DNA from: Burkholderiales bacterium
GTDB lineage: Bacteria > Pseudomonadota > Gammaproteobacteria > Burkholderiales > SG8-39
Reading direction: 5' to 3'
NCBI GenBank assembly: GCA_036258355.1
Contig: DATADT010000380.1
Span: 1-33,773 of the forward strand
DNA length: 33,773 nucleotides
Shown here: positions 10,692-26,538 of the stretch, one piece after another
How positions within the stretch are numbered: position 1 is the first letter of the stretch
Layout of the letters: each line of letters starts with the position of its first letter
The notes under the pieces: model-generated
Seen by the model: the letters and a program-made list of their open reading frames with translations, nothing else
The model's database searches: none
Told to the model about the DNA's origin: nothing
Made by a program: the position numbers and the translations under genes

Positions 10692-12758
10692 CTAGGCCGC
10701 CTTGGCGAGCGGCAGCAGCACGCTCACGGATGCGCCGCTCGCCGGCCGGTTTTCGATCGTCACCGCGCCGTGGTGCTCGTCGACGATCTTCTTGACGATC
10801 GCGAGGCCAAGGCCGGTGCCGCGCGGCTTGGTGGTGACGTAAGGCTCGAAGATCCGCGCCATCAGCTCCTCGGGAAAGCCGCCGCCGTTATCCGATACCG
10901 CGAGCCTGACGCGGTCTCCGGCAAGCTCGCTGCGCACCTCGATCGCGGGGCTTGCGCCGCGCCCGGCGCGGTGCTCGAGCGCGTCCTGCGCGTTCTGTAC
11001 CAGGTTGTGGATGACTTGCCGGATTTGCGCGCCGTCGGCCCAGACGGGCGGCAGCGGCTCCGCGAGGTGCTTGGTGATCGGCACGGACGAATTCTCGTAC
11101 AGTGCGAGCACCTGGCGGACCAGAGCGTTCAGGTCGAGCGGCTTGAGCTCCGGCGCGGGCAGGCGCGCGTAGTCCTGGAAATCGTCGACCATCGCCTTCA
11201 GTGCCGCCACCTGGTGGACGATGGTCTCGATGGAGCGGCGCAACGTCTCGGCGTCCTCTCGCGACAGCCGATCTGCAAGCTTCATATCGAGACGCTCGGC
11301 GGAAAGCTGGATTGGCGTGAGCGGGTTCTTGATCTCATGCGCCAGGCGCCGCGCCACCTCGGCCCACGCCGTGGCTCGCTGCGCCTGGATGAGGCGCGTG
11401 ACGTCGTCGAACACCACCACGGCGCCACCGCCGGTGGCGCGCGGCAGCCGCGCGCCGCGCGCGTGCAGCGTCTTCCCGGTCTTCCTCAGCTGCAGCTCGA
11501 GCTGCCAGTCGTCCTCGGCTTGCGAGGCGAAGTGGCTGCGCATCTGCCCGGCGAACGGTTCGAGCTCGGCGCCAAGGATCGCCGAGGCGCCGTGATTGGA
11601 AAGCGACAAAGCGAGCTCGTGGTCGAACACCAGCACCCCGGCCGACATGTTGGCGAGAATGCTCTCGAGCCGGGCCTTTGCCGCCTCGAGCGCGAGCCGG
11701 TTGGACTCCACCCCACGGCGCGCCTCCTCGAGCTGGCGGGTCATCGAGTTGAAGGACTCGGTCAACACACCGAGCTCGTCGCGGCTGGTAACCGGCGCGC
11801 GGCGCGAGAAATCGCCGCGCGCCACCGCCTGGGTGGCCTGCGCCAGATTGGCGAGCGGCTCGGCGAGTAGCCCCGACTGCGTCGCAGCCGCCGCGACCGC
11901 GACGAACAATGCCATCAGCAGCGCGAAGGTCAGCGTGACGACGTAGATGCGGCTCAACGCCTCGCGCGCGAGCGCGAGCTCGCGGTAGTCGCGATAAGCC
12001 GCCTCTACTGCCTCAGCGCTGCGCGCGAATGACGCCGGCACGCTTTGCCTGAGCTGCAGGAAGCGCGCCTCACCCGGCATTTCCACTGGTACCACCACGC
12101 GCAAAGCGAGCGGCCGGCCCAAGGCGGCATCCACCGCGCTGAAGGCGCGCATCACGCGCGCCTGGCGCAGAGCATGGCCGGTAGGAAGCTCCGGCACGAG
12201 CTTCGCGACATCGTGCGCAGCCGCTGCGAGCAGCCTGCCCGTGCCCGTGACCACGACCGCCTCCTCGACTCCAAGCTGGGCGCGCAGGCGCTCGAGCTGG
12301 GTGGCGAGCCGTGCCGGCGAGGGCTCGGCGAGGTCGGCGGCCATGGCGTTCGCCTTGCCCCGTAGCTCCAACGTCATCTGCTCGATCACTTGCTGGCCGA
12401 GGTTGATGCCGCCTTCCAGCGCGGCGTCGACCTTCACATCGAACCACGATTCGATCGAGCGCGTAAGGAATTGGACCGAAACCGCGTACACGATCAGCCC
12501 CGGCACCACCGCAAGCGCGGCGAAGCGCGCGAGCAGCCGCAGGGTAAGCCGCGCGCCAAACACCCGCGCGCGAAGTCTGCGCGCGAGCAGCACAAGTTGA
12601 ATCCCCACAAGCGCGGCAAGCAGCGCGGCGAGAGCGGCATTCAGGCCGAGCAGCAGCGGGTAGTGGCGCGCGAAAAGCGTGGTGTCCGCGCTCGCCGTGG
12701 CGAGCAGGAAGAGTCCCACTGCCGCGACCGCCCCGCCGATGATGACGAGCCACTTCAT
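10692..12758 (-). CDS. ntrY: NtrY-like sensor histidine kinase (TM, periplasmic, HAMP, PAS, HisKA, HATPase)
   Basis: H-box AHEIKNPLTPIQLSAERL, N-box HNLVQNAQDA, and G-boxes DNGGGFP and GTGLGLAIVKKIV. Hydrophobic N-terminal segments. The ATG overlaps the upstream stop (ATGA). Confidence 0.85.
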   Translation of the reverse strand: MKWLVIIGGAVAAVGLFLLATASADTTLFARHYPLLLGLNAALAALLAALVGIQLVLLARRLRARVFGARLTLRLLARFAALAVVPGLIVYAVSVQFLTRSIESWFDVKVDAALEGGINLGQQVIEQMTLELRGKANAMAADLAEPSPARLATQLERLRAQLGVEEAVVVTGTGRLLAAAAHDVAKLVPELPTGHALRQARVMRAFSAVDAALGRPLALRVVVPVEMPGEARFLQLRQSVPASFARSAEAVEAAYRDYRELALAREALSRIYVVTLTFALLMALFVAVAAAATQSGLLAEPLANLAQATQAVARGDFSRRAPVTSRDELGVLTESFNSMTRQLEEARRGVESNRLALEAAKARLESILANMSAGVLVFDHELALSLSNHGASAILGAELEPFAGQMRSHFASQAEDDWQLELQLRKTGKTLHARGARLPRATGGGAVVVFDDVTRLIQAQRATAWAEVARRLAHEIKNPLTPIQLSAERLDMKLADRLSREDAETLRRSIETIVHQVAALKAMVDDFQDYARLPAPELKPLDLNALVRQVLALYENSSVPITKHLAEPLPPVWADGAQIRQVIHNLVQNAQDALEHRAGRGASPAIEVRSELAGDRVRLAVSDNGGGFPEELMARIFEPYVTTKPRGTGLGLAIVKKIVDEHHGAVTIENRPASGASVSVLLPLAKAA

Positions 12759-13321
12759 CGCGGCCCTCGCACGATGAAGCGCTTCCAGGGCGATTCCAGG
12801 TGCAGTTCCCGGCCGGTAAGCGCCGAGAGCTGGAACGGTTTCGGAAGCAGCGCCGTATCCAGGCGCATGCGCACCGCGGCCTCGTAGTCCGCGTCCGAGA
12901 GGCGGACCGAGCGGTCTACAACCAGCCAGTTGCGCACGCGCTGAAGCACGTTGAGCGCCTCCTCGAGGGTTGGAAAGCTCTGCTGCAGCAGGCCGGTCGA
13001 CAACCGGTACTGCCGCGACAGTGCATGATAGGACAGCCGCAAGCTCAGGCGCTGCGAAGCGGCGGTCTGGTCGAACCAGTACCAGCGCCGCCGGGTCAGC
13101 TCGAACTCGACCCTGAAGTACAGCGGTACTCCGTTTGCCACCACTTCGGCGAGGCGCGGCGTGAGCTCGAAGCCGAAATCCACGTCGAGCGCGAGGCCGT
13201 CTTCGACGCTGCGCAGCGCAACTTCGCGTACCTCGATTTCCTGGGCCTGCGCGGAAGGCGCGGCAAGCAGGAACACGAGGAGCCCACCGATCACCACGCT
13301 GACTGGGGCGATGCCGCGCAT
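12755..13321 (-). CDS. DUF4390-like secreted protein of unknown function
   Basis: 188 aa with signal peptide MRGIAPVSVVIGGLLVFLLAAPSAQA. RRRWYWFDQ and LSYHALSRQYRLS match my recollection of DUF4390, which sits between rsmB and ntrY in betaproteobacteria. Confidence 0.75.
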   Translation of the reverse strand: MRGIAPVSVVIGGLLVFLLAAPSAQAQEIEVREVALRSVEDGLALDVDFGFELTPRLAEVVANGVPLYFRVEFELTRRRWYWFDQTAASQRLSLRLSYHALSRQYRLSTGLLQQSFPTLEEALNVLQRVRNWLVVDRSVRLSDADYEAAVRMRLDTALLPKPFQLSALTGRELHLESPWKRFIVRGPR

Positions 13322-13332
13322 CGCGCGTCGCG

Positions 13333-14613
13333 TCAGGCTTGCTTGTGGATTAGCGCGTAGTAGAACCCGTCGCGCTCGGCGTCGGGCAACCCCTGCGCCG
13401 CGCCGCCGTCCGGGAGCGGTACGCGCACGGCGCGAGCGCCGGCAGCGCGCTGACGCGCGACGAAGGCGTCGATCACCGCGTCGTTCTCCTGCGGAAACAC
13501 CGAACAGGTGGCATACAGCAATTTACCATCGGGGCGAACGAGCTGCCAAAGCGCGTCGAGCATCGAGGCCTGGCGCGCTGCATACGCGGCGATATCGGCG
13601 CTGCGTCGCAGCCACTTGATGTCCGGATGGCGTCGCGCAACGCCGGATCCCGAGCACGGAACGTCGGCGAGTACCCGATCGAATGGCACGCCGTCCCACC
13701 ACTCGCTCGGCCGCGTGCAGTCCGCGCGCATGACGCGCGCGGGAAGCTCCAGGCGCGCCAGGTTTTGCTCAAGCCTTGCGCAGCGTTCAGCATCGGCGTC
13801 GAGCGCCGTGAGTTTCACATCCGCCGTCTCGAGAATGTGGCCGGCCTTACCTCCCGGCGCGGCGCAGGCATCGAGTACGCATTGGCCGGCGGCGAGCAGC
13901 AGACAACGCGCCGCGCGCTGGGCGCCTGCATCCTGCACCGAGACTACCCCCTCGGCGAATCCGGGCAGCCGCTCGACCGGAACCGGACGCTCGAGCAGCA
14001 GACCTTGACCCTCGATGCGATGGGAAACCAGGCCGTCAGTCTTCAGCTTGCACTCATACTCCTCCACCGAGCACCGGCGCCGGTTTACGCGCACCGCCAT
14101 CGGCGGATGCACATTTCCGGCGGCGAGGACTGCGCCCCACTGCGCCGGGTATGCCTCTCTCAGCAGCTCGATCCACCAGCGCGGGTGCTGATAGCGAGCC
14201 TCCGGATCAGCCTGGATGCGTGCTTCGAGCGAGACTCGCTGGCGCAAGTAGCTGCGCAGCAGCGCATTTACGTACCCTTTCGCGTTCCAGCGCTCCAGGG
14301 CGCTGCAGGCGCGCACCGCCTGATCGACCACGGTGTATTCGGCGTAGCGTCCCGATTCGAGAGCGTAGAGCGAGCACCAGAGCAAAGCCTCGACGAGCGG
14401 GTCGCCGCGGAAGCGGTGAGAAAGCTCCCGTACGATCGCCTGGACGCGCCCATAGCGGCGCAGCGTGCCGTGCGCAAGATCAATCAGCGCTGCGCGCGGG
14501 GTTAGGGTGCCTTCATCCGCCACGCGCTCGAACTCAGCGGCGAGGCTCGCGCCGCCGGCAACGCGCGCCACGAGCATGGCCGAGTCGTGCAGTGCTGCCG
14601 CGAGTGCACTCAA
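13333..14613 (-). CDS. rsmB: 16S rRNA (cytosine967-C5)-methyltransferase
   Basis: TTG start overlaps the fmt stop (TTGA). SAM and catalytic motifs are VLDACAAPGGKAGHILE, DRVLADVPCSGSGVARRHPDIKW and LLYATCSVFPQEN. Confidence 0.9.
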   Translation of the reverse strand: MSALAAALHDSAMLVARVAGGASLAAEFERVADEGTLTPRAALIDLAHGTLRRYGRVQAIVRELSHRFRGDPLVEALLWCSLYALESGRYAEYTVVDQAVRACSALERWNAKGYVNALLRSYLRQRVSLEARIQADPEARYQHPRWWIELLREAYPAQWGAVLAAGNVHPPMAVRVNRRRCSVEEYECKLKTDGLVSHRIEGQGLLLERPVPVERLPGFAEGVVSVQDAGAQRAARCLLLAAGQCVLDACAAPGGKAGHILETADVKLTALDADAERCARLEQNLARLELPARVMRADCTRPSEWWDGVPFDRVLADVPCSGSGVARRHPDIKWLRRSADIAAYAARQASMLDALWQLVRPDGKLLYATCSVFPQENDAVIDAFVARQRAAGARAVRVPLPDGGAAQGLPDAERDGFYYALIHKQA

Positions 14614-15533
14614 GCGAAGCGAGCGCCGGGCGACAGCGGCCGCCCGCGCAGAAATTCCGTCGCGCTAAGCGCTCGCCCGCCAGCGCGTTGCAACTGCACG
14701 ACGGCGAGCGCCTGTTCGCCGCAGGCCGCGACAAGCTTGCCCTCCACGAAGCGAATCGTGCCTGGCTCGCCTGTGACGTCGCAAACGTCGGCGCGCCATA
14801 TCTTCACTGGCTCGCCATCGAGCAGCGTGTATGCACCCGGGGCAGGGCGTAAGGCGCGCACCGCGCGCTCGAGTTCCCGGGCCGGCCGTGCCCAATTGAG
14901 CCGGGACTCGGCTTTCTCGACCTTGGGTGCGTAGGTCACTCCCGTCTCGGGCTGCGCGCTCGCACGCGCGCGCCCGGCCGCTAAGTCCGCAAGCGTAGCG
15001 ACGATAGCGCTGGCACCGAGCTCAGCGAGCTTGTCGTGCAGCGTACCGGCATCGTCGTCCGGCGCGATCGGGATCCGCACCTGCTGCAGCACGGGGCCGG
15101 TGTCGAGGCCGGCATCCATCTGCATTATCGAAATCCCGGTTTCCGGGTCGCCGGCAAGCAGGGCGCGCTGGATCGGCGCCGCTCCGCGCCAGCGCGGCAG
15201 CAGCGACGCATGCACGTTAAGCGCACCGTAGCGGCCTACATCAAGAAACCGCGGCGGGAGGAGTAAGCCGTACGCGGCTACTACGATCGCATCCGGGCGC
15301 GATGCACCGACCTTTTCGAGATCTTCCGGCGAGCCTTTCAGGCTGCGGGGCTGGAGGACCCGGATGCCACGCCCCTCCGCGAAGCGCTTCACCGGACTCG
15401 CTGCGAGCCGGAGGCCGCGACCGGCTGGTCGATCGGGCTGTGTGAGAACTAGCGCCACCTCGTGGCCGGCGCTTACTAGGCCAGCCAGCACTCGCTCAGC
15501 GAACTCGGGCGTGCCGGCGAAGACTAGGCGCAG
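14610..15533 (-). CDS. fmt: methionyl-tRNA formyltransferase (start inferred at CTG 15533; first canonical start GTG 15491 truncates the fold)
   Basis: LVLTQPDRPAGRG, NVHASLLPRWRGAAPIQRA and the upstream in-frame RLVFAGTPEFA. See finding on the start codon. Confidence 0.9.
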   Translation of the reverse strand: MRLVFAGTPEFAERVLAGLVSAGHEVALVLTQPDRPAGRGLRLAASPVKRFAEGRGIRVLQPRSLKGSPEDLEKVGASRPDAIVVAAYGLLLPPRFLDVGRYGALNVHASLLPRWRGAAPIQRALLAGDPETGISIMQMDAGLDTGPVLQQVRIPIAPDDDAGTLHDKLAELGASAIVATLADLAAGRARASAQPETGVTYAPKVEKAESRLNWARPARELERAVRALRPAPGAYTLLDGEPVKIWRADVCDVTGEPGTIRFVEGKLVAACGEQALAVVQLQRAGGRALSATEFLRGRPLSPGARFA

Positions 15534-15546
15534 GAAAGCGGGGCGG

Positions 15547-16050
15547 TCAGGCCGACTTGCGCAGCTGCTTGGCGAGCTTCGCGCGAATGCGCTGCTGCTT
15601 CAACTGCGACAGGTGCTCGACGAAAACCTTGCCTTTCAGATGATCCATTTCGTGCTGGATGCAAACCGAGAGCAGCCCCTGGGCCTCCAGCGTGAACGGA
15701 TTGCCGTTCTGGTCGTAAGCACGCACTTTCACGCGCTCTGCCCGTTCTACGAGCTCATAGATGCCCGGAACGGACAGACAGCCTTCCTCGATGTCGGACA
15801 CCCCCGTCGCCTCGAGGATCTCCGGATTGACTAGAACAACGAGCGAATCACGGCGCTCGGACACGTCGACGACGATCACCTCCTTTGGAACCTCGACCTG
15901 GATTGCCGCGAGCCCGATACCGGGGGCCGCGTACATGGTTTCGGCCATGTCCGCGACCAGCCTCTTCAGGCTGTCATCAAAAACTGTGACCGGCGCAGCC
16001 ACCTTATGCAGGCGGGCGTCCGGGTAGCGAAGTATGTTCAAGCGGGACAT
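15547..16050 (-). CDS. def: peptide deformylase
   Basis: 167 aa with the three deformylase motifs [17 protein letters not shown] and QHEMDHL. Confidence 0.95.
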   Translation of the reverse strand: MSRLNILRYPDARLHKVAAPVTVFDDSLKRLVADMAETMYAAPGIGLAAIQVEVPKEVIVVDVSERRDSLVVLVNPEILEATGVSDIEEGCLSVPGIYELVERAERVKVRAYDQNGNPFTLEAQGLLSVCIQHEMDHLKGKVFVEHLSQLKQQRIRAKLAKQLRKSA

Positions 16051-16069
16051 TTCACTTGCAATTGAATGG

Positions 16070-16075
16070 ATTATA
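16070..16075 (-). promoter_or_regulatory. perfect TATAAT -10 hexamer 19 nt upstream of the def ATG
   Basis: Plus-strand attata at 16070..16075 within the AT-rich def/LysM divergent intergenic region. No convincing -35. Confidence 0.35.
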
Positions 16076-16179
16076 TGGACAATCTCAGGCAGCGTATAAG
16101 AAGTTAAACCTTCGTGCTACATTGGGTAGGGAAATCGAACTTCCAGCCGGTCCAGGAACCGCGAAAGGGACGGATCGCC

Positions 16180-17328
16180 ATGGTCCAGCAAGTCTGTAAC
16201 TCTATCATAGCGCTAGCTTTCTTGGTCTCGGCGAGCGCTTTCGCGCAGGCGCCAACAGCGCCCGCGCAGGCGCCTCTTACGATCAAGCCTGACGCGCCGG
16301 ACAGGTACGTCATCGTCCCCGGCGACACTCTTTGGGGCATCTCCGAGCGCTACACCGACTCGCCTTGGCGCTGGCCGGAGCTGTGGAACATGAACCGGGA
16401 GCAGATCCGCAATCCGCACCTAATCTATCCAGGGTACGTGATCCTGCTCGACCGCGATCGCGCCCTGCTGACGATCGCGCCGCCCGGAACGGAGCCCAAG
16501 CCGGGCGCGCCCGGCGAACCCGGCGCACCGGGCGTGCCACCGGGAGCCGCACCCACGACGGCGCCCGGCACGGCGAAGCTGAGCCCTCGCGTGCGCGCCG
16601 AGTCGCTCGCGAAGCAGGAAATCCCGAGCATTCCGCCATCGGTGATCGAGCCTTTCCTCTCGCGGCCGCTGGTCATCGAGCCCGACGGACTTGAAAAAGC
16701 GCCGACGATCATCGCGACACAACAGGATCGCGTAGTGCTCGCGGCAGGCAATTCCGCCTACGTGCGCGGGATCGGCGCTTCCAAGGACGAGACGTGGTAC
16801 ATCTACCGCAAAGGCAGTGCGTTGGTCGACCCCGATACGAGCAAGACCCTCGGGTATGAAGCGATCTATCTCGGCACTGCCCACCTCACCCGGCCAGGCG
16901 AGCCGGCGACCGTGGTGCTGACGAGCGCGGTACAGGAAGTTGGAGCGGGCGACAAACTTGTCGCCGCCGGACGCCCGCAGCCGGTGAACTACGCGCCGCA
17001 TGCGCCGGGTGCGCAGATCAAGGGGCGCGTGATTGGCATCTACGGCGGCGTAGCGAAGGTGGGCGAAGCCGGCCCGCAGTCGATCATCAGCATCAACCGC
17101 GGCAAAGCCGACGGTCTGGAAGTCGGCCACGTGCTCGCGCTCTACAACCGTGGCGGAACGGTACGCGACACGAGCAAGCCGCGAAATGCCGCCGACGCTC
17201 GCATCCAACTGCCTGACGAGCGCGCCGGCCTCGCGTTTGTCTTCCGGGTCTTCGACCGGATATCCTACGCACTGATCATGCAGGTCTCGAGGCCGGTCAG
17301 CCCGCTCGATGTGGTGCAGACGCCGTAA
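16180..17328 (+). CDS. LysM peptidoglycan-binding domain protein (secreted)
   Basis: ATG 16180 is preceded by gaaaggga and gives signal peptide MVQQVCNSIIALAFLVSASAFAQA. LysM motif is YVIVPGDTLWGISERY...IYPGYVILL, followed by a Pro/Gly/Ala-rich linker. The track start at 16114 was rejected. Confidence 0.8.
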   Translation: MVQQVCNSIIALAFLVSASAFAQAPTAPAQAPLTIKPDAPDRYVIVPGDTLWGISERYTDSPWRWPELWNMNREQIRNPHLIYPGYVILLDRDRALLTIAPPGTEPKPGAPGEPGAPGVPPGAAPTTAPGTAKLSPRVRAESLAKQEIPSIPPSVIEPFLSRPLVIEPDGLEKAPTIIATQQDRVVLAAGNSAYVRGIGASKDETWYIYRKGSALVDPDTSKTLGYEAIYLGTAHLTRPGEPATVVLTSAVQEVGAGDKLVAAGRPQPVNYAPHAPGAQIKGRVIGIYGGVAKVGEAGPQSIISINRGKADGLEVGHVLALYNRGGTVRDTSKPRNAADARIQLPDERAGLAFVFRVFDRISYALIMQVSRPVSPLDVVQTP

Positions 17329-17340
17329 CAAGAACAATAA

Positions 17341-18441
17341 GTGAATCCGGACCCCGGGCTTGCGAGCTGGCTGCAGCTGGCCCTAACCCCGGGTCTCGGT
17401 CCGGCAACCTTCCAGCGCATGCTGCGGCACTTCGGGCTGCCGCAGCAGATTCTGGCCGCGAAGCGCTCGGAGCTCGGTTCCTTTACTACGCCGGCGGTGC
17501 TCGCCGCGCTCGACTCGGAAGCCGTCGCGCAGACCGCGGCGCGCTCTCTCGCGTGGGCCGCACAGCCCGGCTGCTCCATAGTGACGCTCGCCGACGAAAC
17601 CTATCCTCGGCTGCTCCTCGAAATCCCCGACCCGCCCCCTTTGCTCTATGCGCGAGGTCGCATCGAGCTGCTCGCCGGACCGGCGCTCGCGATTGTTGGC
17701 AGCCGCAACGCCACACAGCAGGGCGAGGCGAACGCTGAATCGCTGGCAAGAGCGCTGAGCGATGCCGGGCTCACGATCGTATCGGGCCTCGCACTCGGCA
17801 TCGACGCTGCAGCGCATCGCGGCGGCCTTGCGGGCGCGTCGTCGACCATTGCCGTCCTCGGTACAGGTGTGGACGTCACGTATCCGAGCCGCAACGCCGA
17901 GCTCGCCGTGCAGATCGCCGAGCGCGGCCTGCTCGTGACCGAGTTTGCGCTCGGCATTGCGCCGGCGGCGCAGAACTTTCCGCGCCGCAACCGTCTGATC
18001 AGCGGTTTGGCGCGCGGCTGCCTCGTCGTGGAGGCCGCGGTTGCGTCCGGCTCCCTCATCACGGCGCGCTCCGCCGCGGAGCAGGGTCGCGAGGTCTTCG
18101 CCGTTCCAGGCTCGATCCACTCGCCGCTTTCCAAGGGCTGCCACGCGCTTATCAAGTCGGGCGCCAAGCTCGTCGAATCGTCAGAAGACGTGCTCACGGA
18201 GCTGGCCGGTTTCCGACCGAGCGCGTCGGCATCCACTACTACGGATGTTGCGCCAGCCCACGAGATCGGCCTGCTATCGCATATGGGGCACGACCCGGTC
18301 GATGTCGATTCACTGTGCTCTCGCGCCGGGATGTCGGCGGAGCAGGTGTCCTCCGAGCTTCTGCGGCTCGAGCTCGACGGGCGCGTCGCCGCGCTGCCGG
18401 GCGGGCTTTACCAACGGCTGGAGAAGGGACAAGGCCGGTAA
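17341..18441 (+). CDS. dprA: DNA-processing protein DprA (Smf)
   Basis: 366 aa, GTG start. Motifs: AIVGSRNAT, SGLALGIDAAAHRG, VLGTGVDVTYPSRN, FPRRNRLISG. Confidence 0.9.
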   Translation: MNPDPGLASWLQLALTPGLGPATFQRMLRHFGLPQQILAAKRSELGSFTTPAVLAALDSEAVAQTAARSLAWAAQPGCSIVTLADETYPRLLLEIPDPPPLLYARGRIELLAGPALAIVGSRNATQQGEANAESLARALSDAGLTIVSGLALGIDAAAHRGGLAGASSTIAVLGTGVDVTYPSRNAELAVQIAERGLLVTEFALGIAPAAQNFPRRNRLISGLARGCLVVEAAVASGSLITARSAAEQGREVFAVPGSIHSPLSKGCHALIKSGAKLVESSEDVLTELAGFRPSASASTTTDVAPAHEIGLLSHMGHDPVDVDSLCSRAGMSAEQVSSELLRLELDGRVAALPGGLYQRLEKGQGR

Positions 18442-18481
18442 ACGCAATCCCCATCGTCGCGTTATAAGAAGGGAGAACCCC

Positions 18482-18940
18482 ATGTACGACGTCCTCGTAT
18501 TCTTGTTCGAGAACTGCCAGCAGGCCGAAATCGCCTACGACCGAGAACGCGTGGCGAAGAAACTGTCAGCAGCCGGCTTCGAGGATTCGGACATCAGCGA
18601 GGCGCTGCACTGGCTCGCCGGCATGGCGCTCACGCCGCGCAGCGTGCGCGAGCCCTTGCCCGACGCGCGCTCAACTTTCCGCGCTTACGCGCCGCGCGAG
18701 TTGGCGAAACTTGATGCCCAGTGCCGCGGTTTTCTGCTTACGCTCGAGCATTCAGGCATCCTGAGCGCGGAAACTCGGGAGCTCGTGATGGAGCGCGCAC
18801 TTGCCGCGTCGGGCGACATGCTTAACCTCGAGCAGTTGAAGCTCGTGGTGCTGATGGTGCTGTGGAACCAGCAGACGCCGACCAGCCGGCTGGCGGCGGA
18901 GGATCTTTTTTCCGCGCCGCACGCTCGCCTCGCGAGCTAG
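18482..18940 (+). CDS. smg: Smg (DUF494) protein
   Basis: MYDVLVFLFENCQQ... is the typical Smg N-terminus. 152 aa, SD aagggaga, and the canonical position after dprA. Confidence 0.85.
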   Translation: MYDVLVFLFENCQQAEIAYDRERVAKKLSAAGFEDSDISEALHWLAGMALTPRSVREPLPDARSTFRAYAPRELAKLDAQCRGFLLTLEHSGILSAETRELVMERALAASGDMLNLEQLKLVVLMVLWNQQTPTSRLAAEDLFSAPHARLAS

Positions 18941-18980
18941 TCTCGCATCGCCGCATTTTTTCACACCCCGCCGAGGGTGG

Positions 18981-19010
18981 TTGAAGCGCGCGCGCGTTTG
19001 CACTTATCAT
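18981..19010 (+). promoter_or_regulatory. candidate promoter for topB (TTGAAG, 18-nt spacer, TATCAT)
   Basis: Hexamers read directly in the 89-bp smg-topB spacer. Confidence 0.3.
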
Positions 19011-19029
19011 CGGCGGCCTTTCACGCCGC

Positions 19030-24993
<5,964 letters not shown>

Positions 24994-25184
24994 TGTTATT
25001 TACCTTAGTAATAGCTAATAGAGCGGCAGCGATCGTGGGATAAGTACGCAAGTCATTGCCGGGAGGCGCTTTGCAGGCGCGCTCAAGCCCTGCAAAAGCT
25101 GTGGAGCGCGCGCGCGGCACTGTGAATCGTTCGCGCCCTGGCAATGGCCGCGTTGGTTACTCACAATCCACCCCCAACTTATCC

Positions 25185-26510
25185 TCAGCCTTTCAGCACC
25201 TGTTCGAGCACCACGTAGTCGCGATTGAGCGCGGTGTCGTGCTTGCGCAGGCTGGCGATCGTGCGGCACGCATGCAGCACCGTGGTGTGGTCGCGGTTGC
25301 CGAACGCTTCACCGATTTCCGGCAGGCTCATCTGGGTCAGGTCCTTCGCGAGCGCCATGGCGACCTGGCGCGGGCGGGCCACGTTGCGGCTGCGCTTCTT
25401 GGAGTGCATGTCGGAGATCTTGATCTTGAAATACTCGGCGACCGTTTTCTGAATGCCCTCGACGCTGACCTGGCGGCTCGCGACATTCAGGATGTCCTGC
25501 AGCGCTTCCTTGGCGAGCTCAAGCGACAGCTCGCGCCCAGAGAAGCGAGCGAAGGCGAGCACCTTCTTAAGCGCGCCCTCGAGCTCGCGCACGTTGGAGC
25601 GCAGGTGCTTGGCAATGAAGAAGGCGATGTCCTCGGACAGCGCGACCGACTCGGCCTCGGCCTTCTTCAGCACGATCGCCACGCGCATCTCGAGCTCCGG
25701 GGGCTCGATCGCGACGGTGAGCCCCCAGCCGAAGCGCGAGATCAGCCGCTCCTCCATGCCGGCGATTTCCTTCGGGTACGTATCGCAGGTGATCACGATC
25801 TGCTTGTGCGCCTCCACCAGCGCGTTGAAGGCGTAGAAGAACTCCTCCTGCGTGCGCCCCTTGTTGGAAAAGAACTGGATATCGTCGATCAGCAGAAGGT
25901 CGAGCGAGTGGTAGTAGCGCTTGAACTCGTCGAACGACTTCTGCTGGTATGCTCGCACCACATCGGTGACGTACTGCTCGGCGTGGCTGTAGCGGATGCG
26001 CGCCTGCGGCCGCTGGTCGGCGAGCTGATTTCCGATCGCCTGCACGAGGTGCGTCTTGCCAAGGCCCACTCCCCCGTAGACGAAGAGCGGGTTGTAGGAC
26101 ACTCCGGGATTTTCGGCCACCTGCAGCGCGGCGGCGCGCGCAAGCTGGTTCGCCTTTCCGGTCACGAAGCTATCGAACGAGAACGCGGGGTTGAGCCTCG
26201 CTCGCTCGAGGATCGACGGCGTTTCCGGAGCCCGCGGCGCGGTTTGCGGTCCTGCCGGCAGTTCCGCCGTGCGCGCTAGAACCAGCCGCAAGCCAAGCTC
26301 GCGCCCGCTCGTCTCGGATGCAAGACGCTCGATGCGTGCGGCGAATCGGTCGCGCACGAGCTCCAACACGAATCGATTGGGTGCCGCGAGGATCAGCGTG
26401 TCGGCCGCCTCCGCCGCCTCCGGCGCGAGCGGCCGGATCCAGGTGTTGAACTGTTGCGCGGGGAGCTCCTGCTCGAGGCGCCGCAGGCAAGCATCCCAGA
26501 GGGTTTGCAT
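25185..26510 (-). CDS. dnaA: chromosomal replication initiator DnaA
   Basis: Start taken at ATG 26510 ([28 protein letters not shown]). Walker [11 protein letters not shown], Walker [10 protein letters not shown], and DNA-binding domain [12 protein letters not shown]. The track start at 26597 is an upstream extension. Confidence 0.96.
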   Translation of the reverse strand: MQTLWDACLRRLEQELPAQQFNTWIRPLAPEAAEAADTLILAAPNRFVLELVRDRFAARIERLASETSGRELGLRLVLARTAELPAGPQTAPRAPETPSILERARLNPAFSFDSFVTGKANQLARAAALQVAENPGVSYNPLFVYGGVGLGKTHLVQAIGNQLADQRPQARIRYSHAEQYVTDVVRAYQQKSFDEFKRYYHSLDLLLIDDIQFFSNKGRTQEEFFYAFNALVEAHKQIVITCDTYPKEIAGMEERLISRFGWGLTVAIEPPELEMRVAIVLKKAEAESVALSEDIAFFIAKHLRSNVRELEGALKKVLAFARFSGRELSLELAKEALQDILNVASRQVSVEGIQKTVAEYFKIKISDMHSKKRSRNVARPRQVAMALAKDLTQMSLPEIGEAFGNRDHTTVLHACRTIASLRKHDTALNRDYVVLEQVLKG

Positions 26511-26538
26511 CTTTTCGTTGGACCGGAAGCGAGTCGAG

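Noticed and set aside
9999-11870. 623-aa plus-strand ORF, among the longest in the track
   Set aside because: It lies entirely antisense to ntrX and ntrY, which carry unambiguous kinase and receiver motifs. Its translation is Arg/Gly/Ala/Leu-rich with no recognisable motifs. This is a typical shadow frame of GC-rich coding DNA.
16480-16580. Collagen-like PGAPGEPGAPGVPPGAAPTTAPG stretch in the LysM protein
   Set aside because: It is a short Pro/Gly/Ala-rich linker between the LysM domain and the C-terminal domain. It is not a Gly-X-Y repeat array of meaningful length, and such linkers are common in high-GC secreted proteins.
24994-25184. oriC between dnaA and dnaN
   Set aside because: Only one 8/9 DnaA box and two poorer matches. 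The AT-rich 27-mer abuts the dnaN start and is more simply its leader and SD region. Too little evidence for an origin.
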